Below are positions 34,642 through 44,391 of a stretch of DNA of 64,000 nucleotides, one piece after another (the first letter of the stretch is position 1; each line of letters opens with the position of its first letter). The stretch is from Candidatus Kerfeldbacteria bacterium. GTDB lineage: Bacteria > Patescibacteriota > Patescibacteriia > UBA9570. A program made the position numbers and the translations under genes. The notes below the pieces were generated by a model that did no database searches, was not told where the DNA came from, and saw only the letters and a program-made list of their open reading frames with translations. Location: NCBI GenBank assembly GCA_016182495.1, contig JACPGK010000008.1:2870-66869 (forward strand). Reading direction: 5' to 3'.

Positions 34642-35862
34642 TTAGTTGGTTAACTGTGATAGTAGATAATTCAAGGCCGCTTCGCGTTGTGGATCACGAT
34701 TAGCTTGGTAATCAGTCAGCGTACGTTCAACCACACTATCAGGCGTAATACCAGTTTGATCAATAGAGTGTCCGAGCGGTGTTTGCCAGGTAGCCACGGT
34801 AATTTTTAAACTCGAAGCATCGGAAAATTTTTGATACTCTTGCACCGAGCCTTTGCCAAACGATTGTTCACCAATAATGTAGGCTCGCTGATAATCTTGT
34901 AAGGCGCCAGCTACTATTTCGGCAGCCGAAGCAGTGCCTTGATTCATCAACACAACCACTGGTGTGATGGTAGTGAGTAAGCTATGACCAGTGGCAGCAT
35001 GATCTTGCACTCGACCATCAGTGTACACTTCGCTCACAATAGTGCCTTCGTTGATAAACTGTGAAGCAATGGCAACGCTTTCTGATAATAAGCCGCCGGG
35101 ATTATTGCGCAGATCAATAATTAACCCAGCTGGCTGATCGAGCAGTATTTGTTGAGCAACGTTAGCAAACTCGGTACTCGAATTTTGATTAAAATGAGCT
35201 AGCGTAATAAGGCCGATCATTTGCCCAGCCTGATCAACGGTTTCATAGCGCACCCCAGAGTAATGAATAGTATCGCGAGTTAAAGTAACATCTATGGTAT
35301 CGACTGCACCAACATGATAGATGGTTAAAGTAACGGCAGTACCTTTCGGTCCACGAATACGATTCACTGCCTGATCAAGCGTTAAGCGACTGGCATCAGT
35401 GCCATCAATTTTAACAATAATGTCATTTGGTAAAATTTCAGCAATCGCGGCCGGACTACCAGCCAATGGAGCGATAACCACAATGTTACCATCTTTGACC
35501 CCTAGCTCGATACCAACCCCATCAAAATCCCCCGATAAATTATCATTAAACTCTTCGGCTTGATCGGGCGTAAAAAATACCGTGTAGGGATCATCAACCG
35601 CATCGGCAATACCAGCAATCGCACCGTAATACAAAGTTTCATCAGACACTGGCTGGTGTACATAGGAAGTTTTGACTGCTTCCCATACTTGCCAAAATAG
35701 TTTGAAATCTACAGTGCTGCTGGTAGCGTTACTACTAGAGGTTGGTACTGTAGCAGTAGCTCGCTGATCAGCTACGCCATAACCAACACCAAAGCCAAGT
35801 AAGGCGATGGCTCCTACCCCCAGCCACACTGTTAAACGAGACCAACGTTGTGCCTGATACAT
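34642..35862 (-). CDS. ctpA: S41 carboxy-terminal processing protease
   Basis: N-terminal TM, DPYT, PDZ (GVGIE), DLRNNPGG, TASAAEI, FGKGSVQ. Confidence 0.93.
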   Translation of the reverse strand: MYQAQRWSRLTVWLGVGAIALLGFGVGYGVADQRATATVPTSSSNATSSTVDFKLFWQVWEAVKTSYVHQPVSDETLYYGAIAGIADAVDDPYTVFFTPDQAEEFNDNLSGDFDGVGIELGVKDGNIVVIAPLAGSPAAIAEILPNDIIVKIDGTDASRLTLDQAVNRIRGPKGTAVTLTIYHVGAVDTIDVTLTRDTIHYSGVRYETVDQAGQMIGLITLAHFNQNSSTEFANVAQQILLDQPAGLIIDLRNNPGGLLSESVAIASQFINEGTIVSEVYTDGRVQDHAATGHSLLTTITPVVVLMNQGTASAAEIVAGALQDYQRAYIIGEQSFGKGSVQEYQKFSDASSLKITVATWQTPLGHSIDQTGITPDSVVERTLTDYQANRDPQREAALNYLLSQLTN

Positions 35863-35896
35863 ACTCTGCAGAGTGTATCAAACCGACTAGGCTGGG

Positions 35897-37159
35897 TCAA
35901 TTACTCACTCGGCGAATATGAACGCCAATCGAACGCAGCCGCCGATCAATCGCCTCGTAGCCACGGTCAATTTGATACACATTGCCAATTTCGCTTTTAC
36001 CTTGAGCAATACAAGCCGCAATGACCATAGCAATACCTGCCCGTAAATCAGGGCTTTCCACCTGCTTACCGCGTAAGGCAGTACCGCCATGAATAATGAC
36101 ATGTTGCGGTGTATGCATCACGATATGAGCACCCATTCGATTCAACATATCTGTATAAAATAAACGGTCGCCATAAATAGTTTCCACGACTTCATTACTG
36201 CCAGGAATTTGAGTTAATAACACCGTCAAAGGAGATTGACCATCGGTTGGAAATCCAGGATATTCTTCAGTAGCCACGACCATAGGTTTTAACTTTTTCC
36301 AGGGATGAACCGTAAGACTATTTTTATGGACCGTAAATTTTGCACCGCTAGCGCGTAATAACTGCAATGGCACTTCAATCGTAGTGGGATCACAGTCAAT
36401 AATAGTTAGCCGGCTATTTGATGCTAACGCCAGCACAATAAATGATACTGTTTCTATCCGATCAGGCATAATTGTGCACTGACCAGCTCGTAGGGCTGCT
36501 ACACCCGTAATCGTTAATTCACTAGTACCGGCTCCATGAATTTGGGCTCCCTGACTGTTTAAATAATTGGCTAGGACTAAAATTTCTGGTTCGCGCGCCA
36601 CATTGACTAATTCGGTAGTACCATCGGCTAACACCGCAGCCTGCATTAATGTTTCGGTAGCGGTGACGCTCACTTTGGGAAATACAAAACGACCGCCATG
36701 TAAGCCATGGGGAGCTTGAAAACGATATACTCCATTCCGTTCTTGGAAGCGTGCTCCCATGGTTTTGAAACCAGCGATAAAAATATCAATCGGGCGACGA
36801 CCAATAGCGCAACCACCCGGATGAGGAAACACTACTGAATGAAACCGGGCTAGCAACGGACCAGTTAATACAATAGCGGCTCGTAAGCGGGGTACTAAAT
36901 TTTTTGGTAAATGAGTAGTATGAATACCAGCAGTGCTGATAGTGTAGTGGCCATGACGCGGATGCCGAATAGTAGCGCCAATATCGGTAAGAATTTCAGC
37001 TAAGCGAAAAATATCTTCAATTTCAGGTACATTATCGACTGTCATTGGTTGATCTGTCAGCACGCTAGCCGCAAATACCTTCAGGGCATGATTTTTAGCC
37101 CCGCGTACAGCGATATTACCATGCAGACGATAACCACCTTGTATAATAAATTTGTCCAT
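35897..37159 (-). CDS. murA: UDP-N-acetylglucosamine 1-carboxyvinyltransferase
   Basis: GAKN, PGGCAIGRRP (catalytic Cys), SVTATE, PDRIE, YPGFPTD, DLRAG, IDRGY; start set at ATG 37159. Confidence 0.95.
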   Translation of the reverse strand: MDKFIIQGGYRLHGNIAVRGAKNHALKVFAASVLTDQPMTVDNVPEIEDIFRLAEILTDIGATIRHPRHGHYTISTAGIHTTHLPKNLVPRLRAAIVLTGPLLARFHSVVFPHPGGCAIGRRPIDIFIAGFKTMGARFQERNGVYRFQAPHGLHGGRFVFPKVSVTATETLMQAAVLADGTTELVNVAREPEILVLANYLNSQGAQIHGAGTSELTITGVAALRAGQCTIMPDRIETVSFIVLALASNSRLTIIDCDPTTIEVPLQLLRASGAKFTVHKNSLTVHPWKKLKPMVVATEEYPGFPTDGQSPLTVLLTQIPGSNEVVETIYGDRLFYTDMLNRMGAHIVMHTPQHVIIHGGTALRGKQVESPDLRAGIAMVIAACIAQGKSEIGNVYQIDRGYEAIDRRLRSIGVHIRRVSN

Positions 37160-37177
37160 GTAGAATGGTATTCTAAG
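37160..37177. promoter_or_regulatory. Palindromic bidirectional -10 element between murA and the PEGA gene
   Basis: TAGAAT-ggt-ATTCTA (37161-37175) fills the 18-bp gap between two divergent ATGs. Confidence 0.6.
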
Positions 37178-38092
37178 ATGACCAAACGCAGCCGTCAACT
37201 CTATTTTAGCTTGGTGGTATTGGCTTCAGCCATTATCCTACCAGGACTATTGCTGTATAGTTCTGGTTATCGCGTTGATTGGCGATCCTGGACGATTGAA
37301 CGAACTGGGTCGTTACGCCTGACTACAGTGCCATCGGCCGCTACTGTGAGCGTGCTTGAATTGAATATATCGGCCCAGACACCGGTGTTAATGAACCAAC
37401 TGTTTCCCGGAACGTATACCGTGCAAGTAACTAAACCAGGCTATATGACCTGGTTAAATAAAGTCACTATCACAGCTCAACAAACAGTCCAATTTGATCC
37501 GTTGCTTCTATTTAGTACCGATGCCAATACTATTAAACTAACAGACTATCCTAATACTCTGCGCTCATCAGCTGATGACCTGCTGGTGCAACAATTATCG
37601 CCCAATGTGCAATATGCGCTATCACAGTTGCCGCTGGCAAAAAATTATCAACTGACCCAGTTAGCCGATGAACTCTATGCCGTTTGGAATAAGCCAGCCG
37701 ATCAATTACTCCTGGTGCAGGCTGTTGATACGACGGCCGAACTTACTACACTGCATCAACACGCCATTAGTGTTGATTGGAATGATGCGACTAACCAACT
37801 ACTCTATGCCACTGAACATGAATTATATGTGTATGATGTGCCAACGCAACGCAGTCGATTAGTAACCCGTTTAAGTAGTACGATACGTGAAGCGCACTGG
37901 CACCCACTAGGTTGGTATGCTGTATTAGTCAGTCAAGACAAAATTCAAATATTTGATACCCGCGTACTAGCCGCCGCCTATAGCTTAACCGTCTACCAAG
38001 GTACGGCTCCACAAGCTTTAGGCTTTGATCGACGGGGCACCACTGTATACTTTAGCGATAACGGTAGTATTCAAGCCTTACGATTGCAGTAA
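37178..38092 (+). CDS. Membrane-anchored PEGA-domain protein with partial beta-propeller
   Basis: TM then YSSGYR, TGSLRLTTVP.ATV..TP..L.PGTYTVQVTKPGY..W PEGA motif; start set at ATG 37178. Confidence 0.8.
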   Translation: MTKRSRQLYFSLVVLASAIILPGLLLYSSGYRVDWRSWTIERTGSLRLTTVPSAATVSVLELNISAQTPVLMNQLFPGTYTVQVTKPGYMTWLNKVTITAQQTVQFDPLLLFSTDANTIKLTDYPNTLRSSADDLLVQQLSPNVQYALSQLPLAKNYQLTQLADELYAVWNKPADQLLLVQAVDTTAELTTLHQHAISVDWNDATNQLLYATEHELYVYDVPTQRSRLVTRLSSTIREAHWHPLGWYAVLVSQDKIQIFDTRVLAAAYSLTVYQGTAPQALGFDRRGTTVYFSDNGSIQALRLQ

Positions 38093-38926
38093 GTAGTCTG
38101 CCAACGCATCAGCCCATGGCCGAGCTGGGGGTAGTTTGGTATTGAGCAAAATTGAATAGTGTGGCCGAGTAGCTGGCCGTGGAAATTCGGCTGACGTGCA
38201 TGGTTGCACTGTTACTGAAGTATTGGTTAATTTAAAAATAGTGGTGGCGAATTCATACCAGGTACAACTACCGGCGTTGGTGACATGGTACACCCCAGCA
38301 GGCAGGTTGTGTTCAATGAGATAACGAGTGGCCTTGGCTAAATCTTTGGTATAGGTAGGGCTGCCATGTTGATCGTTAACCACGGTCAGGGTTGGATGTG
38401 TTTTGGCCAAGGCGAGCATTGTATCAACAAAATTCTTACCTCCTGGACCGTACAACCAAGCTGTTCGAATAATATAATATTTCTTCCAACGATCATCTCC
38501 TAACTGTTGAATGGCAACTTCGCCAGCGGCCTTTGATTGGCCATAGGCATTAACTGGTTGAATGGTTGGATAATCTTCTGAATAACCAGTCGATTGATCA
38601 CCAGCAAAAACGTAATCGGTGCTGTAGTGTATCAACCAGGCATCTAACTCTTTAGCCACTTGAGCTAAATAGCTTGGACCAGTGCCATTAACGGCCATAG
38701 CTAAATCGAACTTGGTTTCACAATCATCTACTGCCGTGAAGGCGGCGGCATTAATAATGATATCAGGCTGATACGAACTTAACACCCGGCGCACAGTATC
38801 GAGTTGAGTGATATCAATATCAGCGTGAGTTAAGCCAACAACAGTATAACCGACTAAACATTGCTGCAGCATACTACCAAGCATGCCCGTAGCGCCCACT
38901 ATAACTATGGTTTTATTGTGTTCCAT
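38078..38926 (-). CDS. rfbD: dTDP-4-dehydrorhamnose reductase
   Basis: GATGMLG, AAFTAVD, STDYVF, YGQSK, DQHGSPT. Confidence 0.95.
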   Translation of the reverse strand: MEHNKTIVIVGATGMLGSMLQQCLVGYTVVGLTHADIDITQLDTVRRVLSSYQPDIIINAAAFTAVDDCETKFDLAMAVNGTGPSYLAQVAKELDAWLIHYSTDYVFAGDQSTGYSEDYPTIQPVNAYGQSKAAGEVAIQQLGDDRWKKYYIIRTAWLYGPGGKNFVDTMLALAKTHPTLTVVNDQHGSPTYTKDLAKATRYLIEHNLPAGVYHVTNAGSCTWYEFATTIFKLTNTSVTVQPCTSAEFPRPATRPHYSILLNTKLPPARPWADALADYLLQS

Positions 38927-39896
38927 GAGTTTTTTGTACACAGTGATCAAGCCATTGGCGATGCTGTTGAAACCATTGAACGGTTTGCGCTAGGCCATTG
39001 GTTACTGTTACGCGCGGAGTCCACCCTAATTGGCGTTGAATTTTAGAATAATCCATAGCATACCGTTCATCATGGCCTGGCCGATCAGCCACAAACGTAA
39101 TCAACGATTCATCTTTATGCAATAAATGTATCAATTCACGGGCCACTGTCACATTCGACCATTGTTCTCCTCCACCGATGCAATAGGTTTCACCACTGTG
39201 GCCAGCTTGAATAATAGCATCAAGGGCTCGGCAATGATCCTCGACATATAACCAATCGCGCACATGGCGACCATCGCCATATATTGGAATGGGTTGATCA
39301 TTGAGCAGTTGAGTAATGGCTAGTGGGATCATTTTTTCTGGGAAATGCCATGGTCCATAATTATTCGAACAGTTACTGATGGTAACCGGTAAACCATACG
39401 TATGCCAGTACGCTCGAACAATATGATCAGCCCCGGCTTTAGAGGCTGAATACGGACTGCGCGGTTGATACGGAGTAGTTTCGTTAAACGTAGCTTGGCC
39501 AGTTAACGGTAACGAACCAAATACCTCATCGGTAGAAACATGATGAAAGCGAGTTTCAAACTCAAGAGCAGCTTGCAGTAGCACTTGTGTACCCAGCACA
39601 TTGGTACGAATAAATGGACTAGGTTCTGCAATTGATCGATCAACATGACTTTCGGCGGCAAAATGGACAATCTGATCAACTTCATGAACCAGTGGGTTCA
39701 CTACAGTAGCATCGCAAATATCACCTTGAACAAATCGATAATTAGGATGATTTTCAACTGCCTGAAGATTTTCTAAATTACCAGCATAGGTTAATTTATC
39801 AAAATTAATAATACTATCATTGGGATACTGTTGTAACCAGTAGTGAATAAAGTTGGAACCGATAAATCCAGCTCCACCGGTGACTAATAATTTCAT
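38913..39896 (-). CDS. rfbB: dTDP-glucose 4,6-dehydratase
   Basis: TGGAGFIGSNF, DKLTYAGN, AAESHVDRSI, STDEV, YSASK. Confidence 0.97.
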   Translation of the reverse strand: MKLLVTGGAGFIGSNFIHYWLQQYPNDSIINFDKLTYAGNLENLQAVENHPNYRFVQGDICDATVVNPLVHEVDQIVHFAAESHVDRSIAEPSPFIRTNVLGTQVLLQAALEFETRFHHVSTDEVFGSLPLTGQATFNETTPYQPRSPYSASKAGADHIVRAYWHTYGLPVTISNCSNNYGPWHFPEKMIPLAITQLLNDQPIPIYGDGRHVRDWLYVEDHCRALDAIIQAGHSGETYCIGGGEQWSNVTVARELIHLLHKDESLITFVADRPGHDERYAMDYSKIQRQLGWTPRVTVTNGLAQTVQWFQQHRQWLDHCVQKTHGTQ

Positions 39897-40426
39897 AGCG
39901 TGTGAATTAACTGCCAGGCGGCTAATGTCATGCCGTCGGTAATTTTACCACTAGTGATTAATTGAATAAAAGCTGCAATAGTAGTGATTTGTACCTCAAT
40001 TTGTTCAGTCGGTTCTGGTTGACGCTGGGTGGGTTGTAAATGATCAGCTCGAAATACCCAACAGTGTTCATCCGATAAACCATTACACGGTACAAACCAA
40101 CCAACCGGGGTTACGGTAGCCGTATAGCCGGCTTCTTCCGCTAATTCACGAGTAGCTGCTTGTAATGGCGTTTCATTAGCATCAATCCGACCAGCTGGAA
40201 ATTCTATACTGTTACTTTGCAACAAATAGCGATACTGTTGCAGAGTGATGATCTCCCGGTCAGATAAAAATGGTACAATCAATACAGATTGTAATCCACG
40301 CAAACCATAGTATTCACCAGTAGTACCATTTGGTAAACGATACTGTTCATGCGATACTTGATAATAGGGGTTGCGATGAACAATCTTGGCAGTAAGCTGT
40401 TGAAATGTCATCGCTCTATTAGCCAC
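39893..40426 (-). CDS. NUDIX hydrolase (NDP-sugar/ADP-ribose pyrophosphatase-like)
   Basis: Complete Nudix box GRIDANETPLQAATRELAEEAG; QYRY, EFPAG, I.DG.T. Confidence 0.92.
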   Translation of the reverse strand: MANRAMTFQQLTAKIVHRNPYYQVSHEQYRLPNGTTGEYYGLRGLQSVLIVPFLSDREIITLQQYRYLLQSNSIEFPAGRIDANETPLQAATRELAEEAGYTATVTPVGWFVPCNGLSDEHCWVFRADHLQPTQRQPEPTEQIEVQITTIAAFIQLITSGKITDGMTLAAWQLIHTL

Positions 40427-40976
40427 GAGTTAATTCCCATACCGAAGTACCAAACTGATCCCACGGTAACCGATGTTCATCGGTGACATCAGGCTGGGGA
40501 GTAAATTGATTATTCACAAAATAGATAATAGCCGCTGGCTGTTTCCATAGATTAGCCGCCCCATGCGCCACACCCCGAGGAATATAAATTAACTTGGCTT
40601 TACCCGCTCCAGCGACTAGCCGTAGTAATTGGCCAGCCGTCGGTGATTGTGTTCGACAATCGCGTAAGCACACTAACAGTTTATCGCTGGGCGGCACAAA
40701 CCAGATATCTTCTTGCTGGTAATGTAGATGCCAAGCTTTAATTACACCGGGATCCATTTCGGAATAATTCATCTGCTGCAAACTGAACTCTGGAAAATCA
40801 GTCATGGCTTGCTTGGTCCAGCGCTGTAGTTCAAGAAAATATCCACCATCATCAATCAAAGTTTTTAACTCAACAATCTTCACGCCGGCAATCATTGTTG
40901 TACCAGTATAATCCTGCACCGTGACGGCTGATTGTAAATCGGTAATTAAATCTTGACTGGTGAGTGGTGATGTCAT
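40419..40976 (-). CDS. rfbC: dTDP-4-dehydrorhamnose 3,5-epimerase family (divergent)
   Basis: Cupin: DDGGYFLE, PGVIKAWHLH, D.R..SPT, IPRGVAHG; position in rml cluster. Confidence 0.8.
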   Translation of the reverse strand: MTSPLTSQDLITDLQSAVTVQDYTGTTMIAGVKIVELKTLIDDGGYFLELQRWTKQAMTDFPEFSLQQMNYSEMDPGVIKAWHLHYQQEDIWFVPPSDKLLVCLRDCRTQSPTAGQLLRLVAGAGKAKLIYIPRGVAHGAANLWKQPAAIIYFVNNQFTPQPDVTDEHRLPWDQFGTSVWELTRG

Positions 40977-40985
40977 AATAGTGGG

Positions 40986-41702
40986 TTATGATTTACGTAC
41001 CTGCTGGCGACGGAATTGGGCCGCCTTAAATAAACTTTCAAAGGTGCCGGTATCAATCCATTCACCGGTAATCAATTGAGCTGATAATGTACCCTGTGCC
41101 AGGTACAGATTATTTAAATCGGTAATTTCAAGTTCATGGCGAGCCGATGGTTGTAAGGCTCGAATTAAATCGAACACCTGCTGATCGTAGATATAGATAC
41201 CGGTTTGGGCAAGATTACTTTTTGGCTTGGTTGGTTTTTCTTCAATATTGATAACCTGATTATGCTCATTCATCACTACCACGCCAAACCGTTCTGGATC
41301 GGATACGGGTTTTACAAAAATTTTAGCACCGGCAGAAAATTGCTGAACATCTTTGGTAAAATTATATTCAAAAATATTATCTCCCAGTATCATTGTGCAA
41401 CTATCATCACCAACAAATGTTTCAGCAATCGATAACCCTTGAGCTAACCCCATGGGTTTATCTTGAATTTCGTAAGTAAATTTAGCCTTAAAATCTCGGC
41501 CGGATCCTAAAAAATTTAAAAAATCACCGGCGTGATCCGGCGCAGTAATAATCAAAATTTCTGTAATACCCGCTTGCAGTAAGGTATGCAAGGGATAATA
41601 AATCATCGGTTGATCATAAATTGGCAACAGTTGCTTACTGGTTACCCGAGTAAGTGGTGATAACCGCGTACCATTACCACCGGCCAAAATAATACCTTTC
41701 AT
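40986..41702 (-). CDS. rfbA: Glucose-1-phosphate thymidylyltransferase (short form)
   Basis: GIILAGGNGTRL.PLT..SKQLLPIYD, LGDN, EEKP, ELEITD, WIDTGT. Confidence 0.95.
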   Translation of the reverse strand: MKGIILAGGNGTRLSPLTRVTSKQLLPIYDQPMIYYPLHTLLQAGITEILIITAPDHAGDFLNFLGSGRDFKAKFTYEIQDKPMGLAQGLSIAETFVGDDSCTMILGDNIFEYNFTKDVQQFSAGAKIFVKPVSDPERFGVVVMNEHNQVINIEEKPTKPKSNLAQTGIYIYDQQVFDLIRALQPSARHELEITDLNNLYLAQGTLSAQLITGEWIDTGTFESLFKAAQFRRQQVRKS

Positions 41703-41721
41703 GACGCCTACACTATCAGGT

Positions 41722-41916
41722 TTAGGCCCGTTTGTCTAGCGTAACGTAAACACTATACACTACTACATTGACTAGACCGATCCAACCAAACAGCTCGAGC
41801 GGAAAAATGATACCAACAAAATTTTGCCACCAAACATTTAACATCAACAGCCCACCATAGAGTAGCAACCAAAAAATTGTCAGGTCTCGCCAAAATTGTT
41901 TAAATAATTTTACCAT
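41722..41916 (-). CDS. Small 2-TM hypothetical protein
   Basis: Hydrophobic ORF filling the gap, overlapping the upstream stop. Confidence 0.55.
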   Translation of the reverse strand: MVKLFKQFWRDLTIFWLLLYGGLLMLNVWWQNFVGIIFPLELFGWIGLVNVVVYSVYVTLDKRA

Positions 41917-43397
41917 AGTTTTGCAGTGAATCGTTCCCAAGCATTATGCCACGTAATCGGTTCTTTATGGGCTACCACTGTAATCGAGCGCACCTTGATA
42001 CCTTCAGGCATGGTATCTAACCCTGGGGCAGAGATAATAAAATCAAGTGTCGTAGCATCAGCCCGGTGGGCTTGAGTTACATCAAACGAAGCAGTGGCGG
42101 TAGTCCAACTGCGAATTCGTTCGGGTTGGGCATAGCGAGCGGTAATAATGTAATTTAATTGCTCCAAACGAGTATATTGGTTTAATGGCTGAAAACCAAA
42201 TTGCGGATCAAACCAGGTATCTTTACTAAAACTAAAAAAACTATCGTTGGTTAATTCCATATCATTGTGCGGCACAGCGACGGTAGTTTCGAAACCGGCA
42301 ATTGGATTACGCCATAGGTACAGGCTGTTAGCCTTAGCCACCACCAGCGGGCCATCATAAAATTGTACTTCGCCCAAACCGCCAGGGTGTTTAGCATTCA
42401 TGGTGACATAATTGCTGCGTGTATACACCGTGGCCGGAGTGGTGACGATATCGGGCAAAACCGTTGTATACTCGGCAGCGCCGGCTAAATGCAATTTATT
42501 TTTGAACACCACCCGATGCTGACTGGTAACAATTTCCGTAAAAAAGATATCATCACTGCCACTAAAACTAACTTCATACACGCCCTCTGGCAAATCAGTC
42601 AAGGTGAGTTCGTCGCTACGTACTGGGCTGGCGGTACCAGTGATACCTTCATCACCATCTTCTTGGTAAGTATTTAACCAAATATCTTCACCCAAATGTC
42701 GCACGGCTACGGTTAATGGATCTGGACCAGCGGCAAAATTAATATCACGATAAGTCCAGCCTACCTGCAACGGCTCATCCTGCACATACACCATCATGGT
42801 ATGAGCCCCGCGTAATGGCTGATCAATCACCGTGCTGCCGGGTTGAGCGTGATAATCAAGATCAACGAACGGAAATTCAATCGTGGTAAGAAAAGTGCCA
42901 ACACCGGCATTAACTGGCGGGTGAGTTAAAAAATCGGTCACACTAGTGTAAGTGGGCGTGCGTTGCAATACAATATACTGATCATCTTCTAATCGTTCCC
43001 AGGTAGAATTATCAATAAATTTATTTTCCAGTGGTTTAAAATCAAAAGCCCACACCGTATCGTCGTCGCTTAAACGTAAACCCAACTGCACTACTGGTTG
43101 ATGTGGATTTTGATATTCCAAAGTGACATCGGCCTGCGGGTAGGCACTCGGCAAATTAATACTAAAATATACCGGCTCCCCAATTAAGCGCTGATAGTAC
43201 TCTCCGTTTTCGGCGTTTTGTTCGCGATCTAACGCTCGACCGCGTGGAGTGAATTGAGAAATAACATTAGCCGTGGTATCAAAATAATACGCGGCTCGAA
43301 ATTCACCATTCATGCCATAATACCGCCAACCAATGTAAGCGATTACTAATAAGCCACTGGCGGCTAGCGCTAATCTCCACCACTGTTGCATGGTCAT
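41910..43397 (-). CDS. Membrane-anchored beta-rich hypothetical protein
   Basis: N-terminal TM; start set at ATG 43397, 7 nt after TATACT; no family recognised. Confidence 0.75.
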   Translation of the reverse strand: MTMQQWWRLALAASGLLVIAYIGWRYYGMNGEFRAAYYFDTTANVISQFTPRGRALDREQNAENGEYYQRLIGEPVYFSINLPSAYPQADVTLEYQNPHQPVVQLGLRLSDDDTVWAFDFKPLENKFIDNSTWERLEDDQYIVLQRTPTYTSVTDFLTHPPVNAGVGTFLTTIEFPFVDLDYHAQPGSTVIDQPLRGAHTMMVYVQDEPLQVGWTYRDINFAAGPDPLTVAVRHLGEDIWLNTYQEDGDEGITGTASPVRSDELTLTDLPEGVYEVSFSGSDDIFFTEIVTSQHRVVFKNKLHLAGAAEYTTVLPDIVTTPATVYTRSNYVTMNAKHPGGLGEVQFYDGPLVVAKANSLYLWRNPIAGFETTVAVPHNDMELTNDSFFSFSKDTWFDPQFGFQPLNQYTRLEQLNYIITARYAQPERIRSWTTATASFDVTQAHRADATTLDFIISAPGLDTMPEGIKVRSITVVAHKEPITWHNAWERFTAKLW

Positions 43398-43463
43398 AGG
43401 CTGCAGTATACCCAATCTGGCACTGGGTTGCAATTTTGAATAAAACATGGTATAGTTGCCGCC

Positions 43464-44387
43464 GTGTATAGCGTAGTTGTGCCAATCTATAATGAAGCGG
43501 CTACCTTGGAAGAATTACACCGCCGTTTAGTAACAGTAATGGAACAACTCCAACAACCGTTTGAGCTTATTTTTGTTAATGACGGCAGTACTGATACTAC
43601 GCATCGGGTGCTAGAACAATTATCGCCTATTACGGTAGTAACCTTACGTCATAATTTTGGACAAACCGCTGCTTTAGCGGCCGGCATTAAACAAGCCAAG
43701 GGTGATAGTATTATTACCCTTGATGCCGACTTACAAAATCCGCCTGAAGAAATTCCTAAGCTGTTGCGGGTACTGCGTGATCAATCACTCGATGTGGTAT
43801 CTGGCTGGCGCCGCCAGCGGCACGATAGCTTAAGCAAACACCTGTTATCACGTGGCGCCAACGTATTGCGGCGCTTGATTATTCATGACGGTATTCATGA
43901 TTCTGGCTGCACCTTAAAAGCTTATCGCCGCATTTGTTTTGAGCAACTTGATTTGCTGGGAGAAATTCATCGCTTTATTCCCGGTATGTTGCGCTGGCAA
44001 GGTTTTACCGTTGGTGAAGTGGAAGTACGCCATGAACAGCGTCGATTCGGTAACACTAAATACAATACTTGGCGGATTGTGAAAGGATTAATCGATATGA
44101 TTGGAGTATGGTTTTGGCGTAAATATTCTTCGCGACCGTTACACTTATTTGGCGGCAGTGGCATACTACTCACCATCATTGGTTTAGTTGGATTTGTTAG
44201 CCTGGGTATTGCTCGGATATTTTTTTCCTACCCATTATCGCAAAGTATTTGGCCATTACTGGCTAGCTTAGCGATGGTATCGGGCATTCAGTTATTTGTG
44301 TCGGGCTTGCTAGCTGAAATATTGATTAAACAGTACTATCACAGCAATCGCACTGCCTACAGTATAAAAAGTGTTGAACAACACTAA
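43464..44387 (+). CDS. GT2 polyprenyl-phosphate glycosyltransferase (DPM1/ArnC/GtrB-like)
   Basis: VVPIYNE, VNDGSTD, NFGQTAA, DADLQNPP, two C-terminal TMs. Confidence 0.92.
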   Translation: MYSVVVPIYNEAATLEELHRRLVTVMEQLQQPFELIFVNDGSTDTTHRVLEQLSPITVVTLRHNFGQTAALAAGIKQAKGDSIITLDADLQNPPEEIPKLLRVLRDQSLDVVSGWRRQRHDSLSKHLLSRGANVLRRLIIHDGIHDSGCTLKAYRRICFEQLDLLGEIHRFIPGMLRWQGFTVGEVEVRHEQRRFGNTKYNTWRIVKGLIDMIGVWFWRKYSSRPLHLFGGSGILLTIIGLVGFVSLGIARIFFSYPLSQSIWPLLASLAMVSGIQLFVSGLLAEILIKQYYHSNRTAYSIKSVEQH

Positions 44388-44391
44388 ACTT

